Below, piece after piece: positions 25,060-37,510 of a DNA stretch of 64,000 nt (position 1 is its first letter; each line of letters starts with the position of its first letter). The position numbers and the translations under genes are program-made. The notes beneath the pieces are model-generated. The model was not told where the DNA came from. It saw nothing but the letters and a program-made list of their open reading frames with translations, and ran no database searches. This stretch comes from Malacoraja senta (lineage: Eukaryota): NCBI GenBank assembly GCA_038087875.1, contig CM075989.1, positions 22,136,001-22,200,000 of the forward strand, read 5' to 3'.

Positions 25060-25502
25060 GGGACGGCACAATGAAGCAGCTGGTGGAGCTGCAGCCTCAC
25101 AGCACCAGAGACCCGGGTTCGATCCTGACCTCGGGTGCTGCCTGTGTGGAGTTTGCACGTTCTCCCTGCGATCGTGTGGGTTTCTTCCGGGCAGATAGAC
25201 ACAAAATGCTGGAGTAACTCAGCGAATCAGGCCGCATCTCTGGAGAAAAACGATGGGTGACCTTCTGGGTCCGGACCCTTCTTTAGACTGACCCTCTTCA
25301 GACCCTTCTTCCGGATACTCCGGTTTCCTCCCACGTCCCAAGGAGGTGCAGGTGTGTAGGTTAATTGGCCTCTGTAAATTTCCCCGAGTTTGTAGCGTGT
25401 AGATGCGAAAGTGGGATAACATAGAGCTAGTGGACATCTTGGTCAATATAGACAAGTTAGGGTTCAGGGTCTATTTCTGTGCTGTATGATTATCTGACTC
25501 TA
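25060..25502 (+). mobile_element. HE1-type V-SINE interrupted by a PLE terminal fragment (minus, 25193-25310)
   Basis: SINE head and V-domain are split; ttcttccgg flanks the insert on both sides. Confidence 0.8.
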
Positions 25503-25789
25503 AAATCATTCCTTGACATTGAAATAAAGTGCAGATATCTTCTTGGTATAAGTAACCAGATAATTAATGATTAGACTTCCTATACGAAGGATTGTACCTT
25601 TGCAAGGTATTGTAATGTGCACTTTGTGGAACGGTCTATTCTGCATCCATTATATCACCACATATCATTCAATACACCATGAGAACATTTCTTTGTATCT
25701 TAGGTTCATCATCTAAATTAAATGGTCAAAATATGTGTTTGTTTAGAATCACCTGCGAAAGGATCATCAGGGAGGGAAGATGTGGGGAA

Positions 25790-26075
25790 GATGGTAGAAC
25801 AGCTGCCTCACAGCGCCAGAGACCCAGGTTCGATCCTGACCTCGGGTTCTGTGTGTGTGAGTGGAGTTTGTAGGTTCTCTCTGTGATAGTGTGAGTTTCC
25901 TTCGGGTGCTCCGGTTTCTTCCCACATCTCAAAGGCGTGCGGTTTGTAGGTGTGCAGGGACTGGAAATGAAAGTGGGATAGCATTGAACTTGTGTGAATG
26001 GGTGATTGATGGTCAGCGGGGACTCGATGGGATGAAGGGCCTGGTTCCATGCTGTATCTTTCAATCAATCAATCA
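25790..26075 (+). mobile_element. HE1-type V-SINE with (TCAA)n tail
   Basis: B-box ggttcgatcc, V-domain, gaagggcctgg tail. Confidence 0.85.
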
Positions 26076-26202
26076 AAACAAAAGGAAGAGAAAAACTCAA
26101 CAATTGTAATCTGGTAAATGCTAGAGAGAAGAATTATAGGTATTTAAATTCCAAAAGTTCAGCCATAGCCTCTTGTGCATCAATGGCAATCTCTGGTGTT
26201 TT

Positions 26203-26510
26203 TAGTTCAGTTCAGAGATACAGCGCGGAAATAGGCCCTTCGGCCCACTGCGTGGGCGCTGACCAGCAGATCCCCATACACTAACACTATCCTACACACA
26301 CTAGGATCAATTTATATTTATACCAAGCCAATCAACGCACAAACCTGCACATTTCTGGATTGTGGGAGGAAACCGGAGCACCCAGAAAAAATCCACATGG
26401 TCGCAGGGAGAACGTACAAACTCCGTACTGACAGCACCCATAGTCAGGATCGAACCCGGGTCTCTGGCGCTCTAAGGCAGCAATCCTATCGCTGTGCCTC
26501 TGTGCCTCCC
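26203..26510 (-). mobile_element. HE1-type V-SINE, full length
   Basis: Reverse complement of head, V-domain and tail. Confidence 0.9.
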
Positions 26511-26859
26511 CCTTTGTAATTGCTAGTATTTATTCAATGCCTCTGATAAATCATGATATTCAATATGGATCTGTATTCCCTGTGTTTCATGTAACCTTGT
26601 CCGTTTTCAAGCTAGAATCTGAAGATAAGGGCTTGCAGAAACTGGGGAAAATAAATATTTCAGAATTACTGGGAATAGCTAGATGGTTGTAACCCATGCC
26701 TAACTATCACAGCAGCAGTCTATTCTTCCATGAAAGTTGTGAGAATCTATGTAATATTTATTTCGATGTTTTGATTCTGCGCTTAGCTGATATTCAACCA
26801 AAATACAGCCACACATAAAGTCATATCGTAATTGGTATATTTCACAACAGGTGTGCTAT

Positions 26860-27570
26860 ATCGATGTGCAAACACAACTTGCTGGAGTCAGGCCACATCT
26901 CTGGAGTACTCCAACGAATACTTGTTGGTGCACTTTATGTGGCGACTCTTTGCATACCTTGGGTACGCAAAACAAAGAATATCGCTGTGACTTGTCACAT
27001 GTGACAATAAAGTATCATTCATTCATTCATTTAGAACATGGATAGGCAATGTTTCGACTCGGGATCGTTCTTCAGACTGATTATAGTAGCAGGGAGAAAG
27101 CTGGAAGGGAGATGGGGCAGGTCAAAGCCTGCAAGTGATAGGTGGATACGGGTGAGGGGGGAAGGGAGCATTTTTGATGGGAGGCAGATGGTTGGACAAA
27201 GGCTAGAGATGAAAAGACAAAAAGATTGAGATTAGGTGATAAGATGATAGAAGAAGTGTGAAATGTGAAGCCGGAGGAATGAATGTACGTAGTGTAGACA
27301 CAAGGAACTGCAGAATCCGGTTTACAAAAAAATATACAAAAATGCTGGAGTAACTTAGCACTTCAGTCTGCATCTCTGGAGAATATAGATGGGTGACATT
27401 TTGGGTCGAAGATAGACACAAAGTGCTTGGAGTAACTCAGCGGATCAGTCAGCATCTCTGGTTAAAAGGGATGGATGATGTTTCGGGTCAGAACCCTTCT
27501 TCACACTGAACGTAGAGGGAGGGGAGAACTAGAGGTAGGAAAATGTGATATCAGTGGAAGGGGATGGAGG
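26860..27570 (-). mobile_element. Cluster of three tandem PLE terminal/3' UTR fragments
   Basis: Hammerhead remnants at ~27050-27080, ~27392-27410 and ~27476-27510. Confidence 0.7.
26915..27031 (+). mobile_element. Rex1-type 3' tail fragment with (CATT)n, inside a PLE fragment
   Basis: gtcacatgtgacaataaagtatcattcattcattcatt. Confidence 0.55.
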
Positions 27571-27795
27571 GAAGGGGAAAGGGAGCAATGGGTGTGTATC
27601 CAAATGGGGCTGAGGGAAGAGAGCAGGAAAAGGTGTGCAAATAAAGGGGGGGGGGGGGAAGGAGTGTTTGTTGGTATAGGACCTAAAATCAGATAATTTG
27701 ATGTGTAATGATGCATGTTATTTGAAGCAGAGCAGTGCCACATTAATGTCACAAAGTGTGTTCTTCCAAAGATTTGCTTAAAGCACACTTTTAAT

Positions 27796-28110
27796 TTAGT
27801 TTAGTTTAGTTTAGAGATACAACACAAAAACAGGCCCTTCGGCCCACCGAGTCCGCGCTGACCAGCGATCCCCCCCACACTAACACTATCCTACACACAC
27901 TAGGGACAATTTACAATTTATATACCAAGCCAATTAACCTACAAATTTGTAAGTCTTCCGATTGTGGGAGGAAACCAAAGATCTCAGAGAAAACCCGCGC
28001 AGGTCACGGGGAGAACGTACAAACTCCGTACAGACAGCACCCGTGGTCAGGCTCGAATCTGGGTCTCTGGCGCTGTGAGGCAGCAACTCTACCGCTGCGC
28101 CCCCGTGCCA
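27796..28110 (-). mobile_element. HE1-type V-SINE, full length
   Basis: Reverse complement of head, V-domain and tail. Confidence 0.9.
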
Positions 28111-28187
28111 TCCTGTTCTGTACTCTAGTGGGAGATTTACCTGGCATCTGCAAGAGATAGACTGATCAGGATATGCTTGATGCTTGG

Positions 28188-28396
28188 TGTGTAGGAAGGA
28201 ACTGCAGATGCTGGTTTACACCGAAGATAGACACAAAAAGCTGGAGTAACTCAGCAGGACAGGCAGCATCTCTGGAGAGAAGGAATGGGTGACGTTTCGG
28301 GTCGAGACCCTTCTTCAGACTGAAAGTCACGGGAAAGGGAACCTCTCCAGAGATGCTACCTGTCTCACTGAGTTACTCCAGCATTTTGTGTCTGTG
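28188..28396 (-). mobile_element. PLE terminal element with an inverted partial copy (28343-28396)
   Basis: gtgtaggaaggaactgcagatgctgg...gggtgacgtttcgggtcgagacccttcttcagactga. Confidence 0.85.
28291..28318 (-). ncRNA. Minimal type-I hammerhead ribozyme core (intact motif)
   Basis: Minus strand CUGAAGA-A-GGGUC-UC-GACCC-GAAA-CG-UC. Confidence 0.65.
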
Positions 28397-29532
28397 TTAG
28401 ATGCTGACTCTTTGTGTGAGATGGAAAATCTTCACTCTTGCAACAAAGTAATCCGTCATGTCGACATGGCTAATTTGCAGCATCTTACCCGTTCGTGAGG
28501 GAACTGATTTCTTTGTATTAAAAAAGATAGCCATACTGTGTTTTTCTGACCCAGCAAGTTTTGATAAAGATTCCTGTTGGATAATCATTTTAAGTCTGAT
28601 GCAGTAAAGGAACAAAACTGGTGATCTATACTGCCAGGTAGATAATAAATAAATTCTTGGCAGAAGTAATTGTTTATTCACCAATTATAAATCATTCGAT
28701 TTACAACAGCTGCAAGCTCACATGTCTGAAAGGTTAAGAGATTTCACTCTCTGTACTTTTTAGCAAAGATTTATGAAACTAAACAATAGAATTACCCATC
28801 TGCCCACAACATATATATTAAATTTAACAACTCTGTGTCACTCTTAATAGCCTCTTCCTTTTTACGCTGCAGAATTTTAATATGAATATATTTTCAGCTA
28901 CTAACATTTTAAAAATGCCTTCTCCAGGATATTGGTGTATACATTTCTCTGTAAATGCTAACATAACGCGCATTGCAACAGCAAAAAGGAATGTTTCTTC
29001 AATAATACTGGCATTCATTAGGGAAAAATGGGACTCCGATTGTTATATTTTTAATCCTTTCAGCTTTTTTGACGAGCCATTTCTAGTAGTACTGAAACAA
29101 GCGGCATACTTGTTTCTCAGAACTTTGACACCATAGAAAACCAACACATACTGACTACTATTTGTGTTGCCAATCCACTCACCATCCCGCAGTTAAAACT
29201 GAGGTCATCTACTCAGTGGTAAACAGAGTCCTTTCTTTCCAGAGAGCCAAGCCTCTCAATGAAGCAGGCACAGCAGCTTATTTAGAAGACCTTCCTCAAT
29301 ACTGATATTTTGTTTGATCTATTGAACAGAACTATATACCTTATGGCAAGATGAAACCGCTTCATACTAAACTATGCAAAAACAAAGTTTACTTTAGTCA
29401 TGAATATCAATAAAATTGAATAGACCTGTAGACATAACACAGAGGATTTGCTTTAGTTGCCTATGAAAATGCAAACTCCATTTTCCAGTGAATTGTGGCT
29501 AAAATATGCAACAAACGATCAATGTAATTCGC

Positions 29533-29925
29533 CCAGACTGAAAACTGTAATGTCCAGATTCAGGAACAGTTTCTTCCCAACAACCATCTTCAGAAGGGTC
29601 TCGACCCGAAACGTCACCCATTCCTTCTCTCCAGAGATGCTGCTTGTCCCGCTGAGTTACTCCAGCTTTTTGTGTCTATCTTAGGCTATTAAACACGACA
29701 ACCTCCAAATAGGCTCCAAACTAAAGAGACTTGGGGACATTATATTTGTACTATCATTGTCTATTTATTTGTCTATCTTTTATCAAATATATACTGAACT
29801 TTTATTTGCTGTTTTATTATGGGTTTTACAGAGTATTGTGTTTACATCTCTGTCGTGCTGCTGCAAGTAAGAATTTAATTGTTCCATTTCGGGACATATG
29901 ACAATAAAACATTCTTGACTCTTAA
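29533..29925 (+). mobile_element. Rex1-type 3' fragment split by a PLE terminal piece (29590-29683)
   Basis: RLKTVMSRFRNSFFPT then insert; tail gacaataaaacattcttgactctt. Confidence 0.7.
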
Positions 29926-30267
29926 TCTGTCCCCCTGCCAAACTTCAACATTACTCTCATGGTTCTTCAAAATATAGAATTTATTTCCAGTTTGTTACAC
30001 TGTCAGGTAATAAATACAAAGTGATGCAGGTGATACACGCACAATGTTTCCTTTAGATATCAAATGTGGCTACAACTGAAGGCCAGGAAATCTAAAACTA
30101 TGGCACGAGCTATGGGTAAGGTTCAGTGAGTATGTGGAAACTTCAAACTCACTGCGACGAGCACTCGATAAATAAATGTTGTTTGCAAAACCACAAGACT
30201 GACTATAAGACATACAAACAGAGTTAGCCCATCAAGTATGCTCTGCCTTTTGATTGTAGTTGATCTA

Positions 30268-30534
30268 TTTTTCCGTGGATTGTCACCTTGTCGTGGTGGA
30301 GAAGCTTGTGTGGACCTCAGATCCTGAGAGCGATACCGTCTGGAGCTATGCTCCTGGTAGGGCCACACACGACGGTAAGGTCGAGGGGAAGGTCCCTGGC
30401 AAAGAGCAATCCAACCAAGACCTCAACGGTGGAACAGCAGAGGACGATGGCTGACTTTGTGGAGCGTCATAACGGCTGGGAATGCGGATGAAGGCAGCAG
30501 CAGAAAAGGGTCTCCGGTCGTCTTGGACTCCATG
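30268..30534 (+). mobile_element. RTE-related element, 5' portion (paralogue of 7230-7637)
   Basis: Collinear and highly similar to 7230-7498. Confidence 0.8.
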
Positions 30535-30754
30535 TTAACGATGTCATCATTCCATATTCATTATCTATATGTTATTTCTTGTTTGGACTTAATGGTAAAT
30601 TAAATCCTCAGTAATCCAGGCATTTATATTTTTATTTGCAATGGCTTTGTATTTTTAAATTTGTCTTTAGTGTTCTTTTCATCAAATCTGGATTTTAATT
30701 CCATGTCGTACAGGAATCGCTGGTTGGCGTGGACTGAAGGGCCTGTACCTCTCA

Positions 30755-31190
30755 AATAAACTAAATTAAATTAAATTTAATTTAATTGAATTCAATTAAA
30801 TTAAATTTAACTAAACTAAGCTAAACCCCCCACCACGGGTACCATGTAATCCCGTGCTACCTGCCCCATGGTCGGATAGTCGGCGACTAAACTGTCCCCC
30901 ACCTGGTTTGCCAGGTGAGGAGGGGGCTGTGGACCCCCAGCAGGACCAAAAACAAGACCTGTCAAAGGACGGATGAGCTCCTAGCGAGCCAACGGCCATC
31001 CACACTTCAGTAGAAGTTGCGATCACTGTCGTACACGGCATTGCAAGGCACTGTGCCCATTGATGTTTTCAACGATAATGATGATAAACTAAACTAAACC
31101 AAATCTAATCAAAATTAAACTAAACTAAACTAAACTAAATTAAACTAAATTAACTTAAATTAAATTATATTAAATTAAATTAAAATAAAC
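30755..31190. repeat. Expanded SINE-tail (TAAAT/CTAAA)n microsatellite split by an insertion
   Basis: Pentamer runs at 30755-30825 and 31086-31190 follow a SINE 3' fragment at ~30712-30755. Confidence 0.85.
30826..31085 (+). mobile_element. Unclassified ~260-bp GC-rich short retroposon with (GAT)n tail
   Basis: Sharp boundaries inside a microsatellite, ends gataatgatgat, several hairpins. Confidence 0.55.
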
Positions 31191-32079
31191 ACAGAGAAAC
31201 AACACATTCTGGGTGAGTTATAAAATTCTTCAATAATTGAATAGAATTGCATCTGATAGCAACCACTGCAAAAGGAGCACATGTATTGACATTGAGGAGT
31301 TAATGCATTATAATTAGTTGAAAGAATTGACTAGTCATTAGTGTTGTTGGTGAATAATTTGTAGGCTTTCACTTGGTAATGTTGGACTTTTCCCCCAACA
31401 ATACCGTTGAATGGCATTGACATCATCAGACGTAAGGCCATCCATCCACACATTTTGTACTGCTTCATCTCCTCAGCAGGAGCTATTTGTCCCCATTTCC
31501 TCAAATCATTTCATGTTCTTCCTCTCCAAATAGCTCTCCAATTTTATTTCAAGAGATATTATGGAGTCCGTTTCAATAGGCACTTGTAGTAAATCATTGC
31601 ATGTGATAATAACTCCGAGACTTTCTTCAAGCCTTTCCCTTTGTTCTTCCATTGATATTCTTCACTGAAGGAGAAATTCAATTTGGTGGACAGGAACAAA
31701 TGTGTACATGTATCAACAGTTGGCTGTATTCACCGCCTTATAATCAGTTTCTCTGAAGTTAGAGATGAATTTCTACTCGGGTTTACGTAGCGCGAATGAA
31801 ATCTGATTTTCACTATTAACGGCTCAAAATCATACTGAAATTTAACGATAAACACCTATTATCCTCCCTCCCACCAAATCTTTAATTTTTCCTTTTCTAA
31901 TGAAAACATACCAATTATCAAGATTTTTCCCCCATCCCTCTAATACCCTGATATAAATTTCATGGCTCTTTTGTTATGTTTTTAAATGCTACCAAAATTC
32001 TTTGTATGATGATGTGACCAGATCAACACATACATGCTAGACTGTGTGACTTAATCACCTGTGATCTACTTTCTTTCAA

Positions 32080-32495
32080 GTTCAAAGAACATTGAACAGT
32101 ACAAAACAGTAACAGGCCCTTCAGCCCACAATGTCCATGCCGAATATGATGCCAAATTAAAAATAACATCTTCTGCCTGTATGTGATCCATATCACTCCA
32201 TTCCTGCCATATCCAGGTGCTTATCTAAAAGCCTCTTACACTATCATATCTGCCTCCAACACCACCCCTGGCACTGTGTTCCAGGCACCCACCACCCTCT
32301 GTGTAAAACAGGTTGACCTGCTCATCTCCCTTTCCCCTCTCACATTAACATCATACCTTCTAGTCTTTTACAGTTTTACCCCAGGAAAAAGATTCTGATT
32401 GTCTGTCCTATTTATGCCTCTCATTAGGTTATGCACTTCTATCAGGTCTCCCCTCAGCCTCCGACACTCCAGAAAAAGCAATCCAAGTTTTTCCA
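32080..32495 (-). mobile_element. CR1 LINE 3' fragment
   Basis: aacaggcccttcagcccaca tail; reverse complement gives RRLRGDLIEV and FTQRVVGAWN. Confidence 0.8.
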
Positions 32496-32536
32496 TCAAT
32501 TAAAGTCCAGAAGCCCTTTTTTTTTTTAATGGACTT

Positions 32537-33375
32537 AGACTTAGATTCCTTTATTGTCATTCAGACCTTTCGGTCTGAACGAAATTTCGTTGCCTGCAGT
32601 CATACATATAATAAATAACAACACACACAATAAACACAAATTAACATCCACCACAGTGAGTTCACCAGGCACCTCCTCACTGTGATGGAGGAAAAAGTCT
32701 TAAAGTCTCTGTCTCTTCCCTCTTTGTTCTCCCTCTGTGCTGAGGCGATCCAGGCTTCTGACGTTGTGACCCCGCTGGGTGATGGTAAGTCAGTCCCGCG
32801 GCTGAATCCGTGCTCCGTCCGCGACGGGCCGGTTCAAACTCCGCAGCCCGGGGTGGCCGAAGCTGCCGCCCTCCAGTCCAGCGGACGCAGCTGTAGTTGC
32901 AGGAGCCCCAGAAAAACAGGTCACCCACCTGTGACCTGCGAGCTCCCGATGATGTCGTCCACCGGGCCCGCGGCCGAGCCTTCGGATTCAGGTCGCCACC
33001 TGCGTCCTCGGTCGCCACCGCCGGAACGCCACCGCAGCCCTGAAGCCAGCCAGCCCCGCGCTGGTAAGTCCTGGCTCTGCCTCCGGAGCCTCGAGGTCGG
33101 TCAGTCGCAGTTGAAGTTGGAGGCCGGCAGCTCCACCATTTTGGCCTCAGCGCAGACTGAGGCAGAGAAGGGGGATACGACACGAAAAAGTCGCATTCCC
33201 CCGAAGGAAGAGACAAAAAACATGTTTCACCCCCCCTCCCCCCCAACACATACACAACCCAATAAACTAAAATTTAACTAAAACAGGACAAAAAGAAAAC
33301 AACAACAAAAGTAAAAACAGATGGACTGCAGGCGAGCCGCAGCTGTGCAACAGCACCGCCACTTCCGGATTCCAG
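32537..33375 (-). mobile_element. Non-autonomous GC-rich retroposon with a Rex1-type 3' end and 8-bp TSD
   Basis: TSD ATGGACTT at 32529-32536 and 33376-33383; 3' end atttcgtt-hairpin-aatgacaataaag plus (CTAAGT)n. Confidence 0.7.
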
Positions 33376-33697
33376 ATGGACTTCACCAGATGGACTCAAA
33401 AAAGACGCATTGACAAAAGTAAATGTAAGCAACAATTTTGTGCAATAATCTACAACCTTCTAGCAATTATATTTTGGTACGTTCTGTGCTTTTAGCGAAG
33501 GATCAACTGAACGGACTTGATTTGTAATTAGTTCAAGCAAAATTAGAAACCTTAAATAAACTGGAAGCTTAAAATTAGTATCATCTGATTTTACTGAATG
33601 GGTACAATGGGTAAAAAGAGAGTTGAAACATTAGCTTGGAGCACCTAGTCCACAAATGTTATTAAGTTCTCCAAAGCCATGAGTAATCAGATATATA

Positions 33698-33845
33698 ATT
33701 GTAGACACAAGGAACTGCAGATGCTGGATACTGGAGCAAAGCACAAAGTGCTGGAAGAACAGGTCAGGGGATGGAGAGACAATGTTTTGGGTGGGGATCC
33801 TTCTTCAGTTGGAAGAAGAGTCTCAACCCAAATCGTCAACGGATG
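33698..33845. mobile_element. Decayed PLE terminal inverted pair
   Basis: gtagacacaaggaactgcagatgctgg...ccttcttcag|ttggaagaagagtctcaacccaaatcgtca. Confidence 0.65.
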
Positions 33846-33904
33846 TATAACTGTAATTCCCTGCACAATATCATTGATATGCAAGAGGTTCTACCTGCTT
33901 TACT

Positions 33905-34258
33905 GGAATTCATTCCAATATTTTGGAATATTGCGAGCCGTTTTTGGACCCATATCTGTGGTAGGATGAGCTGACTTTGGAGAGGGTCCAGGGGAGGTTT
34001 ACGAGAATGATCTCGGGGACGATATGGGTATTCCAGTTAATGTGTGGGAAATGTTTGACTGCGCTGAACCTATACTTGATGGAGTTTAGGACCTCATTGA
34101 AACCTACTGAATAATGAAAGGCCTGGATAGAGTGGATATGGATTTGATGTGGAGACCAAGACATTGGGTATTTTCTAAAAAGGAGATTGATAGATTCTTG
34201 ATTAGTATGGATATCAAAGGTTAAGAGCAGAAGGCAGGAGAATTGGGTTGAGTAGGAA
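33905..34258 (+). mobile_element. Decayed CR1 3' fragment
   Basis: ttggaatattgcg...ttttggacccatatctg...ttggagagggtccaggggaggtttacgagaatg. Confidence 0.7.
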
Positions 34259-34260
34259 AA

Positions 34261-34372
34261 ATCATTATCGGCGGTCACTCGAAACGAGTATGACTGTCCT
34301 CTTTTGGTACGACGCCTGTGCGTGACTTTGGTTAACGTGGGGAGACTGGTGCACAGACAGCCACCACATGGT
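34261..34372 (-). mobile_element. 3' end of the RTE-related element
   Basis: Reverse complement of 7530-7635; ends in gataatgat. Confidence 0.8.
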
Positions 34373-34384
34373 TCTCCACTTGGA

Positions 34385-34505
34385 GAAAAGCCACGCGGTC
34401 ACAGGGAGAATGTACAAACTCTGTACGGACAGCACCCGTAGTCAGGATCGAACCCGGGTCTCTGGCGCTGTGAGGCAGTAACTCTACCGCTGCGCCACCA
34501 TGCTG
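34385..34505 (-). mobile_element. HE1-type SINE 5' half
   Basis: Reverse-complement tRNA-like head (ggatcgaacccggg). Confidence 0.85.
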
Positions 34506-34719
34506 TGTATAAACTGGCGGTTATGTTTGCTGTCAGCCTGAAATCCGCAAAAATACATCGTATATTGTGAAGCTTTGTGGAGCCACACAACGTCATGAAA
34601 AATCCTGTATTAATCCACTTAGGTACATACTTTAGTTTCTACCATTATTTTTATTTTTGATTCCTCGTTCTTTAATTGCATCCCTGTTCTTTCTTATTTT
34701 CTATCTAAATCTCTCTGTA

Positions 34720-35110
34720 ATATAGAACATAGAGCAAACAAACTGGCCCTTCAGCCCACATGTCCATGCTGAACATGATGCCAAGTTAAAGTTTCATTGA
34801 ATCATTGAATTGAGGTTAAACTAATCTCTGAACTAAACTAACCTCTTCTGCATGCACAAGGTGAATATCCCTTCATCCCCTGTATATCCGTGCTTATCTA
34901 GAAGCCTTTCAAATGCCTCTATTGTTTCTGCCTCCACCACCACCCCTACCATCAAATTCCCAGCATATTGTTGATTGGATGAAAATATATTGGATTGGTT
35001 AATAAGTTTGCAATAAACACAAAATTTGTTGGAGTTGTGTATAGTGAGGAAGTTTGTGAAAAAATACAGCAGGATATAGATCAGTTGGAAATTTGGATAG
35101 AGAAATAGTA
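34720..35110. mobile_element. CR1 fragments: 3' end (minus, 34720-34950) and decayed RT core (plus, 34965-35110)
   Basis: ggcccttcagcccaca tail; aataagtttgcaataaacacaaaatttgttggagttgtg resembles decayed KFADDTKIGGVV. Confidence 0.6.
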
Positions 35111-35111
35111 G

Positions 35112-35117
<6 letters not shown>

Positions 35118-35159
<42 letters not shown>

Positions 35160-35245
35160 TTCGCCATTTCTCTCCTCTCTCTCTCACTCTCTTTCTCTCC
35201 CCAACACCCCCTGCCTCCTCCAACCACACTCTCTCTCTCTTTCTT
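35118..35245. repeat. (CT)n microsatellite and pyrimidine tract
   Basis: Direct reading. Confidence 0.95.
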
Positions 35246-36759
35246 ATTCAAAAGGCAACAAGGCTTTTAAATACAAAATTAAGCCATGATCTAACCTTGA
35301 AAGATGAGTGAAAGATAACGGAGTTTCAGAATTTTATTTGAATGGGTTTGTTAATGTTATAAATATCCTCATCAGAATTTAGAAACAATTGGCTGATTCT
35401 AGATTATTAAAATGTTCCTGCATTTTAACAAATCTTCGCACCCACTCCCCCCCCACCCCCACCCCCCTCTCCCACCCGCCCGACCTCTTGTTTCTCGTTC
35501 CTATTACAGGAGGCTGCTGAAGCTCAGAGTGGGCTGGGGTTGGACGCGGGGGCAATTTGATGTTTAATAACTGAGACAGATAGATTTTTATTAGGCTGTT
35601 ATATTGAGGGAAATTGGTGTAACGCTGAGGAGTCGAAAAGGAGTCGAGGCACAAATCAGCCACGTCCTAACTGAACAGTAGGACAGACTCAGGGGACTGA
35701 TTACCCCCTTCCATATACTGTGTCCCCATTTAATACAAACCAAGATTTAAACAAATGCTCTTCAAACATCCTTGCCGAGTCTCCTTAACGTTATAAATAG
35801 TAGATTCTTCTGGCCGCATATCCCTGATGTAAAAAAAAACATTTGCAATGTAAACATATGTAGGCAAAATTTTCTCAGCCTGGGTGAAGTTCATTGCCCC
35901 CAGAAGTACAACAGTCCCAGCAGCTGTACTTCATGTCCATACATGGGTGTTGCAATCTAACAGCAGAAATAGATAACCATTACAGATAATGGGGTTCTCC
36001 TTCCTCGTTGCATATTTGCATCTTACTATTGCCAGAGGATAGAGAAGATTAATTTACTGGTTAATTTTCTCTTTACCACCGAGACGATTTCCTTTGCACA
36101 TCAAAGGAGCGAACTGCAAATTATTCAGGCTTTGCATCTCTTCTTTGAGCAGTGGACATCTCGACTGCCTTTGTTACACTGTTGCATGCCTCAGTTGTTA
36201 TCAACTATTTGTTGAGTGTAATGCTTTGCCACGGGATTGCAGTCTTCCCAACATCTGGAACTGCATCTGTTTGTAAATACTGCACAGAGAGTCCTGATAT
36301 TTCACTGAACAATCACTAAAAGATGGTGCCAAGCATCCACTACACTCCTAACATGTTTCCTAGATCTGATTCAAAGCCTCGTAATAGCTCAGCCGTCGTG
36401 GGCAGTTTTCTGCTGCAATCTCTGCCAAAAATGTATATATTTCTCACAAAAAACCCAGAGGGAGACGAGCAAAAATATTTTTTGTTGAAGATTTGTTATG
36501 ATCTGGAATGCACTGGCCAAAGGGCGATAGAAACAGATTTAGTAACAACTTTCAAAAGGGAATTGTATCTCAACTAAAAATAAATCATATCCAGGGCTGA
36601 GAGGGAGGAGCTATGCTGTGGGATTAATTCTCTTAGGCTAATATAATGGGCAGAATGGCCTCCTTCTGTACCGGGTGATGAATGAAAAATGAGAAAGAAA
36701 TTCATATGAAATAACTCAGAGATGAACAAATAGGAAGAAATATCTTGCCACCAATCTTG

Positions 36760-37275
36760 AGCACAGTGGCAGAACTGGTAGAAATGCTGCCTCACGGCGC
36801 CAGATACACGGGTTTTCTCCGGGTGCTCCGGTTTCCTGCCACAACCCAAAGAGGTGCAGGTTTGCAAGTTAATTTTCCTCTGTAAAATTGCCCCTGACGC
36901 ACAGAGAGTGGATGTGTAAGCTTTTCACTGTACCTCGGTACACGTGACAATAAACTAAAAAGTGGAATTCTCTGCCTCAGAGGGCGGTGGAGGCAGGTTC
37001 TCTGGATGCTTTCAAGAGAGAGCTAGATAGGGCTCTGAAAAATAGCGGAGTCAGGGGATATGGGGAGAAGGCGGGAACGGGGTACTGATTGGGGATGATC
37101 AGCCATGATCACATTGAATGGCGGTGCTGGCTCGAAGGGCCAAATGGCCTGCTCCTGCACCTATTGTCTATTGTCTATTGTCTAAACTGAACTGAACTGA
37201 AAGTGCAGTTGTTGTATAACTAGTCGCTGGTTGGCACGGACCCGGTGGACTGAAGAGCCTGTTTCCATGCTGTTT
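36760..37275 (+). mobile_element. HE1-type SINE containing a nested Rex1 tail (36918-36960) and a young CR1 3' end (36961-37185)
   Basis: SINE head and V-domain 36760-36915; SINE tail resumes ~37200; CR1 ends in (CTATTGT)n. Confidence 0.75.
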
Positions 37276-37363
37276 AAATAAATCTCCCACACTCCCACAG
37301 TCCGAACATGTGGCAGAAATCCAGAGATTCAACTGGAAACACAGCGTTTAACTGTTTCTCAGC

Positions 37364-37510
37364 ATCTATGGAGCGAAGGAAATAGGCAACGTTTCTGCCC
37401 GAAACGTTGCCTATTTCCTTCGCTCCATAGATGCTGCTGCACCCGCTGAGTTTCTCCAGCATTTTTGTCTACCTTCGATTTTCCAGCATCTGCAGTTCCT
37501 TCTTAAACAC
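37364..37510 (+). mobile_element. PLE terminal insertion with inverted 5' segment and 15-bp TSD
   Basis: TSD taactgtttctcagc at 37349-37363 and 37511-37525; palindrome centred at ~37399. Confidence 0.85.

Noticed and set aside
30826..30960. Twister, pistol or HDV ribozyme assignment for the 260-bp element
   Set aside because: Could not place the conserved cores by eye; reported only as structured.
32677..33281. 192-aa and 199-aa overlapping ORFs
   Set aside because: Low-complexity products of a GC-rich repeat, open on both strands, with no recognisable domain.
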